Shown piece after piece: positions 9,550 to 17,900 of a stretch of 42,225 bases of DNA. Source of the DNA: an uncultured Gammaproteobacteria bacterium (GTDB lineage Bacteria > Patescibacteriota > Microgenomatia > UBA10105); the NCBI GenBank assembly GCA_964387625.1, contig CAYLWN010000004.1, positions 1-42,225 of the forward strand, given 5' to 3'. A program made the position numbers and the translations under genes. The notes beneath the pieces are model-generated. The model saw only the letters and a program-made list of their open reading frames with translations, did not search any database and was not told where the DNA came from. How positions within the stretch are numbered: the first letter of the stretch is position 1; every line of letters begins with the position of its first letter.

Positions 9550-10473
9550 TTATATCTTAAACAGTTTTTGCGCATTGGATGTGGATATGTGGATAACTTG
9601 AGAAAGGGGAGTGTGGTGATATTTTGCCACAGTTTCAGCAATGATGAGAATATTACTGGGTGTATTTCTCTTACCTCGCATGGGAATTGGTGATAAATAT
9701 GGTGCATCAGTTTCCAATAAAATTCGATTTAATGGCGTACTATCAACCAAAGTAGAGTAGTCTGGGGAATAAGTGATGTTGCCGTCAAACCCAATATAAT
9801 ATCCCATAGTAATTAGCGCTTCAAGGTCTTGAGTGCTACCGGTGAAGCAATGCCAAACACCGTGAACTTGATAAGGTTTGATATAGTTAGTTTTCACATC
9901 AGAGGCGGAGGACCTGCGGGAATTATTTTTCTTGACCAACGAAGCTTTAGCGAAGTGGGAGGCGTAGGCTGATATAGTTTGATATTTATCATGATATAGT
10001 TTGATAATCTTGATCATTTGAGGAAATGCTTTACGACAATGTAGTATTACTGGTAAATCAAAATCGTGAGCGATTGATAATTGCATATTTAATAAAGCAA
10101 TTTGTTTGGCAATAATTTCCGGTGACACTTCCCTATTTTCATATTTAGTTTTTTGGTAGACAAAAAAATCCAGTCCTATCTCCCCTATTGCGACCACCTG
10201 TTTGCGGTTTTTACTAATCATTTCTGACAGTTGGATTTTTAAAGTGTCATTTGGGTAAAAATTGGGGTCTTGGGCATGGTGAGGGTGGATGCCAATTGAG
10301 GCAAAAATGGCGTCAGGATAAGCTAAAGATAAATCAATAGCTTTTTTTGAGGATATTAAATCAGTTCCCGGTACTATAAATTGCTCTACTCCATTTTGTT
10401 TGGCACGTCGTACAACATCTGGTAAATCTGTTGCAAAAGCCTGGAAATTTAAATGACAGTGTGTGTCAATCAT
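9550..10473 (-). CDS. tatD: TatD family metal-dependent hydrolase/DNase, with an extra internal segment
   Basis: MIDTHCHLNF, GEIGLDF, PVILHCR, HCFTG, LLETDAPYL. A segment of about 20-30 aa (ASHFAKASLVKKNNSRRSSASD) sits before the HCFTG motif, where canonical TatD has only a few residues. Confidence 0.9.
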   Translation of the reverse strand: MIDTHCHLNFQAFATDLPDVVRRAKQNGVEQFIVPGTDLISSKKAIDLSLAYPDAIFASIGIHPHHAQDPNFYPNDTLKIQLSEMISKNRKQVVAIGEIGLDFFVYQKTKYENREVSPEIIAKQIALLNMQLSIAHDFDLPVILHCRKAFPQMIKIIKLYHDKYQTISAYASHFAKASLVKKNNSRRSSASDVKTNYIKPYQVHGVWHCFTGSTQDLEALITMGYYIGFDGNITYSPDYSTLVDSTPLNRILLETDAPYLSPIPMRGKRNTPSNILIIAETVAKYHHTPLSQVIHISTSNAQKLFKI

Positions 10474-10538
10474 TTTGTACTATATTATAAATTATTTCTA
10501 ATAAGAATAAACGGAGAGAATATTGGATGATTTTAAAA

Positions 10539-11087
10539 TTATATCGTAATTATTTTGGATAACCTTAAGTTCGCATCTTGTAAAACCGGTATTCGGTTGG
10601 AACCATGAATTCTTGTTCGCTTAATTGATTGAGATTTTATGATGTTTAATTCAGAAATTTCACCAATTGAAACATTTCCTTGAGAATTACAATTGATAAT
10701 GATTTTGGTTTGCTTTTTATTGAATTGCTGGACTAAATTCGGTTCTATCCAAGCCAATTCCATAATTGGGACGGCAAAACCCGCTTTAAGCCATAATAGT
10801 TTATCCGGATTTAAGGGAACTGAATTAATTTGAAAATTTACCAGTGAATGTTTTTCATTAATATATGGCCAATTTGAAATTGTTTTTTCATGATAATGGT
10901 TTTTTATTAAAGGAATAATACAATTTGTTAATAAAAAATTTTCATACCAAACAATTTCAGGTTTATTCAAACAATTTAAACCATCTGTTAAAGTTGTTTG
11001 ATGATAAAAATCTATTTGATTACAATTAATCAGACTAAAAAAATCCTGTTTTGGTATATAGAATAAACTTTCGACTAATTTATTCAC
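10539..11087 (-). CDS. Hypothetical protein
   Basis: 182-aa ORF between tatD and metG on the same strand. No motif I recognise, no TM. Confidence 0.45.
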   Translation of the reverse strand: MNKLVESLFYIPKQDFFSLINCNQIDFYHQTTLTDGLNCLNKPEIVWYENFLLTNCIIPLIKNHYHEKTISNWPYINEKHSLVNFQINSVPLNPDKLLWLKAGFAVPIMELAWIEPNLVQQFNKKQTKIIINCNSQGNVSIGEISELNIIKSQSIKRTRIHGSNRIPVLQDANLRLSKIITI

Positions 11088-11123
11088 GATAAAGTAGCAT
11101 TTTAATCTATCAGAATATATAAA

Positions 11124-12533
11124 TCAATTAAGTCTGGGAAAAAGTGGCGGTTGGACGGTGATTTTAGAAGCCAGAAATTGAGCTAGAATTTTTTGTGAAG
11201 TAACTGGTAAAAATGGTTGCAGTTCAAAAGCAATATTTAGAATTTGTGCAACAGCTGGCTGTAAAATTTTAGCAAGCTCAAGATTGTCTTTTATTTTCCA
11301 AGGCTCGTGATGATTGATATATAAATCTAAATTACGGATTTTATTCCAAATTAAAGTCATTCCTTTGTTTAACTCAAAATTATTCAGAATTTTAATAAAT
11401 TCCGGAGAAAATTCAGGTTTATCGAATTTAAATTGTAAATTTTGAGAAAGTTTAGCCACACGGGCAATTAAGTTTCCCAGACCATTTGCTAAATCTGCAT
11501 TATAAATTTCTTTAAATATTTTTTCTGAAAAATTTCCATCATCAAAAGTGGGGATTTCACTTAGTAAATAATATCTGATGGGATCTGTTCCGTATTTTTT
11601 GACTAAGTCAAAAGGATTGACAACATTACCTAAACTTTTGCTCATTTTTCGTCCATCACTGGTAATAAATCCGTGAATTAAAATCTGTTGGGAATTTGGT
11701 AAATTTGCAGATAATAGCATTGCCTGCCACATAGCACTTTGTTGCCTTAAGTTATCTTTGCCGGCAATTTGAGTAACCGGCCACCATTTGGAAAACTGTT
11801 TTTGATTTTTAGGCCAGCCAATAGTGGAGACATAATTGATTAGGGCATCAAACCAGACATACATGACATGGTCGGAGTCATTTGGTACTTCTATCCCCCA
11901 GGGCATTTTGGTTTTTAATCGGGAAATACTAAAATCTTCCAAACCTTGTTTTACAAATTTATAAATTTCATTTAATCTGATTTTTGGTAAAACAAAACTG
12001 GGATTTTTTTCATAAAGTGATAGTAATGGCTTTTGATATTTGCTGAACCGGAAAAAATAATTTTCTTCATCAATGATTTCCAACTTCAAATTTGGATGGA
12101 TTTGACATAAACCGTTTATGAGTTCTGAATCAGTTTTTTCCAGTTCACAACCCACACAATATTTGATTGCATAATTTTTTTTGTAAATATCCCCGTTTGC
12201 AAGACATCTTAACCAAAATTCCCGGGCTGCCTCAATATGATATTTATCTGTGGTTCTGACAAAATTCGTATAACTAAGATTTAGAGCATCTTTAAGGAGC
12301 GAAAATTTACGAGCATATTCGTCGCAAAAAGCTTGGGGAGTTTTGTGAGTTTCTTGAGCTTTCCGATAAATTTTTAAACCATGTTCATCAGTTCCAAAAT
12401 TAAAGCATACATCGTATCCCGATATTTTTTTATATCTGGCTATTGCATCAGCTTGAATAATTTCCAAAGCAAATCCAATATGCGGATCCGCATTTACATA
12501 AGGCAACGTAGTAGTGATATAGAAATTTTTCAT
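11124..12533 (-). CDS. metG: Methionine--tRNA ligase (short form)
   Basis: PYVNADPHIGF (HIGH), KMSKS, Cys knuckle CVGCE...C. 469 aa. Confidence 0.95.
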   Translation of the reverse strand: MKNFYITTTLPYVNADPHIGFALEIIQADAIARYKKISGYDVCFNFGTDEHGLKIYRKAQETHKTPQAFCDEYARKFSLLKDALNLSYTNFVRTTDKYHIEAAREFWLRCLANGDIYKKNYAIKYCVGCELEKTDSELINGLCQIHPNLKLEIIDEENYFFRFSKYQKPLLSLYEKNPSFVLPKIRLNEIYKFVKQGLEDFSISRLKTKMPWGIEVPNDSDHVMYVWFDALINYVSTIGWPKNQKQFSKWWPVTQIAGKDNLRQQSAMWQAMLLSANLPNSQQILIHGFITSDGRKMSKSLGNVVNPFDLVKKYGTDPIRYYLLSEIPTFDDGNFSEKIFKEIYNADLANGLGNLIARVAKLSQNLQFKFDKPEFSPEFIKILNNFELNKGMTLIWNKIRNLDLYINHHEPWKIKDNLELAKILQPAVAQILNIAFELQPFLPVTSQKILAQFLASKITVQPPLFPRLN

Positions 12534-12558
12534 TTTATAGGTTTTATTATATCAGTAC

Positions 12559-12885
12559 TTAATGGTTATTGTGTAGATAAAATTCAAAAGCAACAGTTGT
12601 TAATAAAATTAACAAAGGATATATCCAATGGTTTAAACCAAGTAAACGTAGAATAATAAATAAGGTTAAAGCTGATGCATATAACAAACTTTTACGTAGT
12701 CTTTTGAAAACATAGGAACAAAGATAAAAAGTAAATATAAAAAACAATAAAGAAAAAATAAATAACGGCCAGAAATTTTCCGGTGGAAAAATATTTATAA
12801 AAATTATTAGAAAAATAAACGTTATTAGACTAATAAATAAATGAGATATTTTTCGCGGTTTTTGATGCAGGTGAACAGTAGTCAT
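12559..12885 (-). CDS. Small membrane protein (3 TM), unknown function
   Basis: The ORF is open to 12930, but the first 15 codons are a translation of repeat element A1. The likely start is the ATG at 12885 (MTTVHLHQ...). Very hydrophobic. Confidence 0.45.
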   Translation of the reverse strand: MTTVHLHQKPRKISHLFISLITFIFLIIFINIFPPENFWPLFIFSLLFFIFTFYLCSYVFKRLRKSLLYASALTLFIILRLLGLNHWIYPLLILLTTVAFEFYLHNNH

Positions 12886-12890
12886 AAAAT

Positions 12891-12976
12891 TATTCTTCGA
12901 ATCCGGCTTTGCCGGATGAGAAGTCATCAAAGTTTAGTTCTCATCCACAATTTCGTCGGGATTCGAACAATAATTT
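12891..12976 (+). repeat. Family A element, diverged intergenic copy (A1)
   Basis: tattcttcgaatccggctttgccggatgagaagtcatcaaagtttagttctcatccacaatttcgtcgggattcgaacaataattt. Colinear with A2/A3. The first hairpin keeps its pairing through compensatory changes. Confidence 0.75.
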
Positions 12977-13029
12977 AAATCTTAAATCAATTGTAATCGA
13001 ATCCGGACGGTGTTACAATTTTTATGTTT

Positions 13030-13155
13030 ATTAAAGCTCGCAGATAAAATTTTTAGCAGATTCCAAAAACCGTTCGGGATGAAATGTTAAACTGTTAAAT
13101 AAAGTCATCGGCCCTCACTTGGTTTGGAACTGAAAAATTTTACCATGCTAGCATT
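13030..13155 (+). repeat. Family B long imperfect-palindrome element (B1)
   Basis: aaagctcgcagataaaattttt...ttccaaaaacc gttcgggatgaa...ttaaataaagtcatcggccctc...ggtttggaa...aaaaattttaccatgctagc. Colinear with B2. Confidence 0.65.
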
Positions 13156-13170
13156 AATAACTTAATTATT

Positions 13171-14160
13171 ATGCAAAGCGGACTAATTATTGTTGGATTA
13201 ATTATTTTTGGTTTTATAGTTTTAGGATTTTTAATTCATAAATGGATTAAAGATGCTGCAGAGAAGCAAAAACCTGACCAATTATTAGCTCAAGTTTTAA
13301 AATCCGTAGATACCCGGTCGCTTGAACAAACAAAAGAAATAAGGGAGCAAACAAAAGCTTTAAATGAGAGGCTTGATAATGCAGCCAGAGTTATTTCCCA
13401 AGTGCAAAAAAATATCGGAGAATTTTCTGAAATTGGCAGATCGATGAGGGATCTACAGGAATTTTTAAGAAGTCCAAAATTAAGAGGTAATTTAGGTGAA
13501 GAGGTTTTAGCAGATTTGATAGCGCAAATGTTTCCCAAAAATTCATTTTATCTGCAGTATCAATTTAAAAGCGGGGTAAAAGTAGATGCAGCTATCAAAA
13601 CCGACGCCGGAATATTACCAATTGATGCCAAGTTTCCGATGGAGAATTATCAAAAAATGGTTAAAGGTGAAACAGAAGAATTAAGGGAATTATCAAAAAA
13701 AGAATTTGTAAAAGATATCAAAAGACATATAGAATCAATATCTTTAAAATATATTTTACCGGAGGAAGGGACCATGGATTTTGCCATGATGTATGTGCCA
13801 AGTGAATCGGTGTTTTATGAATTGGTGCAAATTACGGAAGTAATGAATTTTTCCAAAAAAAATAGGGTATACCCGGTCTCCCCTACTACTATGTATGCGC
13901 ATTTACAGACAATATTACTTTCATTTGCAGGCAGAGATCTCGAAACTAAATCTCGAGAAATTTTTACCCTGCTTAGGGCGATGACTAAAGATTATGAAAA
14001 AATTGAAGGAGGTTTGGGGGTTTTAGGAAAACATTTGACTAATGCTTATAATCAAATGAGTTCAGTCCTGCAAAATTTTAATATTTTAGGCAATAAGCTT
14101 AAATCTTCTCAAGAACTTGAACATGAAAGCAAAAAAAGAGTTAAAATAGGAAATAAGTAA
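13171..14160 (+). CDS. rmuC: DNA recombination protein RmuC
   Basis: N-terminal TM, coiled coil, then an RmuC-type region: LRGNLGEEVLADLI, VDAAIKT, PIDAKFP, MYVPSESVF. 329 aa. Confidence 0.85.
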   Translation: MQSGLIIVGLIIFGFIVLGFLIHKWIKDAAEKQKPDQLLAQVLKSVDTRSLEQTKEIREQTKALNERLDNAARVISQVQKNIGEFSEIGRSMRDLQEFLRSPKLRGNLGEEVLADLIAQMFPKNSFYLQYQFKSGVKVDAAIKTDAGILPIDAKFPMENYQKMVKGETEELRELSKKEFVKDIKRHIESISLKYILPEEGTMDFAMMYVPSESVFYELVQITEVMNFSKKNRVYPVSPTTMYAHLQTILLSFAGRDLETKSREIFTLLRAMTKDYEKIEGGLGVLGKHLTNAYNQMSSVLQNFNILGNKLKSSQELEHESKKRVKIGNK

Positions 14161-14204
14161 TTTAATATTAAGAAGGAAATAAGCCTTGGTTTAATACACC
14201 ACAT

Positions 14205-14435
14205 ATGTATAATTTTAATAATTACGGACCTCTTACTAATTGGACGAGTTTGTTTTTTCTACCTTTGCTGGTTCCGGCTTTAATTTGGTCATTTGTCTGG
14301 AAAGGATTAGCTCTTTATCGGTCAGCCAGAAACGGACAAAAAGGTTGGTTTATACTTTTATTGGTTGTAAATACTGTAGGAATTTTGGAAATTATCTATC
14401 TGCTATTTTTCTCCAAAACAAAAGAGAAAAAATGA
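14205..14435 (+). CDS. Small two-TM membrane protein (resembles the DUF5652-type CPR proteins)
   Basis: 76 aa. WKGLALYRSARNGQKGWFILLLVVNTVGILEIIYLLFF. The family name is from memory only. Confidence 0.55.
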   Translation: MYNFNNYGPLTNWTSLFFLPLLVPALIWSFVWKGLALYRSARNGQKGWFILLLVVNTVGILEIIYLLFFSKTKEKK

Positions 14436-14441
14436 AACAAC

Positions 14442-14842
14442 CGTCATCCAGAACCCAGTCAGAACTGGGTGAAGGATCTCAATTATTTCACAAAATATCA
14501 TTATATAAATCTTTATATTTAGGATTTATTTTTTGTATAAGCTCTTTTTTATAAGTTCTGCTTTTTCCCTTTAGATATTTTTCTCTTTTAATTGCTTCTT
14601 CAATATTATTAAACACTTCAAAATAGACAAGTTTATGAAGATGATATTTTTTAGTAAATCCGTCAATAATATTATTTTTATGTTCCCAAACCCTTTTTAT
14701 AAGATTAGAAGTAACTCCGATATAAAGAACAGTATTATAAGAATTTGTGAATATATAAATAAAACCTCTTTTGATTTGCATATATTTATTATAAATATTG
14801 TGTGAGATTCTTCGTCCAGTTCTGACTGGACTCTGAATGACG
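14442..14842 (-). mobile_element. 401-bp cassette in which roughly 40-bp terminal inverted repeats enclose the GIY-YIG ORF (family C, putative autonomous copy)
   Basis: The left end is cgtcatccagaacccagtcagaactgggtgaaggatctca (14442-14481). The reverse complement of the right end (14803-14842) is cgtcattcagagtccagtcagaactggacgaagaatctca. Each arm also contains its own small hairpin. Confidence 0.8.
14488..14781 (-). CDS. Small stand-alone GIY-YIG nuclease (COG2827/URI-domain type)
   Basis: 97 aa. FIYIFTN (GIY), VLYIGVTSNL (YIG), R..EHK, EAIKREKYLKGKSR. Flanked by roughly 40-bp inverted repeats. Confidence 0.9.
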   Translation of the reverse strand: MQIKRGFIYIFTNSYNTVLYIGVTSNLIKRVWEHKNNIIDGFTKKYHLHKLVYFEVFNNIEEAIKREKYLKGKSRTYKKELIQKINPKYKDLYNDIL

Positions 14843-14906
14843 AGGAAAAATATTTAAGGCGACAGAATAATAATAGCATTAAATAAGTTATATAATTAAA
14901 AAAATT

Positions 14907-17900
14907 ATGAAATTAAATTCGGAACAAAAGAAAGCAGTAAGATTTGGGTTTGGACCACTTTTGATTATTGCCGGAGCAGGTACTGGTAAAACTACAGTTA
15001 TCACTGAAAGAATCAAGAATTTAATTATCAAACAAAATATTAAGCCCCAGGAAATTTTAGCCCTGACTTTTACTGAAAAAGCTGCCTTAGAAATGGAAAC
15101 CAGGGTAGATACAGCCATGCCTTATGGTTATACGCAAATGTGGATATCAACATTTCACAAATTTTGTGACCGGATTTTAAGAAATGAAGCAGTACATATA
15201 GGTTTAAACCCCGGATATAAATTATTTACAGATACTGATGCCACTATGTTATTTCGGAAAAATTTATTTAAATTAAATCTGGAATATTTCCGTCCCTTGG
15301 GTAATCCGGGGAAATTTATTGCTGGCATATTACAACATTTTTCAAGATTGCAAGATGAAGACATTAGTCCCACGCAATATCTTGCGTGGTGCAATGACAA
15401 ATTTCAAATGACCAATGACAAAAAAAATGAAGAAAATGTTTTAGAACAAAAAAAATATCAGGAATTGGCAAATGCATATAAATTTTATGCTGATTTAAAA
15501 ATTCAGGAAAATGTGATGGACTTTGGAGATTTAATTTCTAATGCGTTGCAATTATTCCGCACCAGAAAAAATATTTTAAAAAAATATCAAAGCCAGTTTA
15601 AATTTGTTTTAGTTGATGAGTTTCAAGATACAAATATCGCCCAGTATGAATTGATCAAACTTTTAGCACCACTAAATCCTCTCTCCGCCAGCCGGCGAAG
15701 CAGCCCTAACCTGACGGTTGTAGGAGACGATAATCAATCAATTTATAAATTCAGAGGCGCAGCTATTTCCAACATTTTGCATTTTCAAAAAGATTATAAA
15801 AACTGTCAACAAATAGTTTTACGGAAAAATTACCGTTCTTACCAATATATATTAGACAGCAGCCGTAAACTTATTAAGCACAATGATCCTGATACGTTAG
15901 AAGCCAAATTGGGGATCAGTAAAAATTTAACTGCTGTTAGAAAAACTGCCGATTTCCACAAAATTGAATTTATTCATGAAAATAGAGTGGAAGATGAAGC
16001 AGAAGTTGTTGCGAAAAAAATTAAAGAATTGAAAAGCAGTGTCATCCTGAACAGAGTGAAGGATCTGCCTATCGATACAATGCTTAAAGAAGATTCTTCG
16101 TCTTCGTCTCAGAATGACAGAAAGTGGAGTGATTTTGCGATTTTGGTCAGGGCCAATAATCATGCTGAATCTTTTATCCGTGCGTTGGGGAGAGCCTCTA
16201 TTCCTTATCAGTTTTTAGGACCGGCTAAATTATACAGACAACCAGAAGTAAAAGAACTGATTGCATATCTGCAAGTATTAAATGATTTTACAGACAACAG
16301 TGCTTTTTTCAAAGTTTTATCCATGCCATTTTTTGATATTTCGCAAAGAGATTTGATAGCTATCTCTAATTGGGCAAAAAGAAATCAACTGTCAATTTTT
16401 GAAGGCGTAGAAATCATTACCGGAGTGAGAATTGATGAAAAACTGCAATTGCCATTTATAAGCGATTTAACCCGGGAAAAAATTACCAAATTGGTAAAGA
16501 TGATATTAAACCACTTAAAACTTACCAACAAAGAAACAGCCGGACAAATATTATTTTATTTTTTGGAAAATTCCGGAATGTTAAAAAACATTTTGGAATT
16601 TAAAACTCCAATTGATGAACGGCAGGCGGGAAATATAACCAAATTTTTTAATAAACTAAAATCTTACGAAGCAGAGCATGAAGATGCATCAGTTATTGCA
16701 GTTTTAGATTGGCTAATGCTATCAATGGAATTGGGTGAGTCACCTCAAGCACAGGATATGGATTGGACTGACAACGATGCGGTAAATATCCTGACAACTC
16801 ACAGCAGTAAGGGTTTAGAATTTCCTGTAGTATTTTTAGTTAATTTGGTTTCGCAAAGGTTTCCTTCAACAGAAAGACATGAACAAATACCAATTCCCGA
16901 AGAATTGATAAAGGAAGTATTGCCAATTGGAGATTTTCATTTAGAAGAAGAGCGCAGACTGTTTTATGTAGGTATGACCAGGGCTAGGGATTTATTATAT
17001 TTAACAGCTGCAAATTATTATGGAGAGGGGAAACGTGAAAAAAAAATTTCTCCGTTTGTAAGTGAGGCATTAGACAAAAATTTTTCTTTTGAAAAAAATC
17101 CTAAAACAATAAATCAATTATCTTTGTTGGATTGGGGGAAATCCTTAAATCCTGAGCAAAGTCGAAGGACTCAGGATAAATTACATATTCATGGTGAGCG
17201 AAGCCGAACCATTAATTATTTATCATTTTCCCAAATTGAAGCATTTAAAACTTGCCCCTTACATTATAAATTAAGATATATTTTAAAAATTCCCACTCCC
17301 CCCTCCCCTGCTTTATCATTTGGAAGTTCTATGCATGCAACTCTCAAAAATATTTATGAAATCGTCAGACAAAAAATAAAAATAAATCACGAAACGCTTG
17401 AGCAATTATTGGAAAAAAATTGGATTAGAGAGGGATATGGAAATAAAAGTTATGAAAATTTAATGAAAGCCAGGGGTAAAAAATATTTATGGCAATATTT
17501 TAAAAAAGAATTTGATCCAAAAACAAAAGTTTTATTATTGGAGGAAAAATTTATGTTTCCGATTAGTTATTCTTCGAATTCGGTTTTACCGAATGAGAAG
17601 TTATTAAAGATTAGTTCTCGTTCTGCAAAGCAGGACTCGAACAATAAATTTCTCAAAATCGGTGGAAAAATTGATCGGGTAGATGATTTGGGAAAAGGAA
17701 TAATTGAAATCATAGATTATAAAACCGGTCGGGTACCATCGAAGCGGGAAGTGGATAAAGATTTACAGATGTCAATTTACGCTTTGGCAGCAACAGAAAT
17801 TCCTCATCTTCCTTTTGCAAAAAAACCTGAACAAATCAAATTATCTTTTTATTATTTTGATACCCAGGAAAAAGTTTCTACAGTTAGAACTCAGGATCAA

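Noticed and set aside
12955-12972. gggattcgaac at the end of element A1 resembles the reverse complement of a tRNA T-arm (GTTCGAATCC). I considered a tRNA or tRNA fragment.
   Set aside because: No matching 5' half of a T stem, no acceptor stem, no anticodon arm or D arm can be drawn on either strand. The motif is part of the terminal inverted repeat of the 84-bp element family.
14240-14879. ORFs 14240-14554 (+) and 14697-14879 (-) from the ORF track.
   Set aside because: Their distinctive parts (SSRTQSELGEGSQ and SFRVQSELDEESH) are simply translations of the two inverted-repeat arms of the GIY-YIG cassette. They also overlap better-supported genes.
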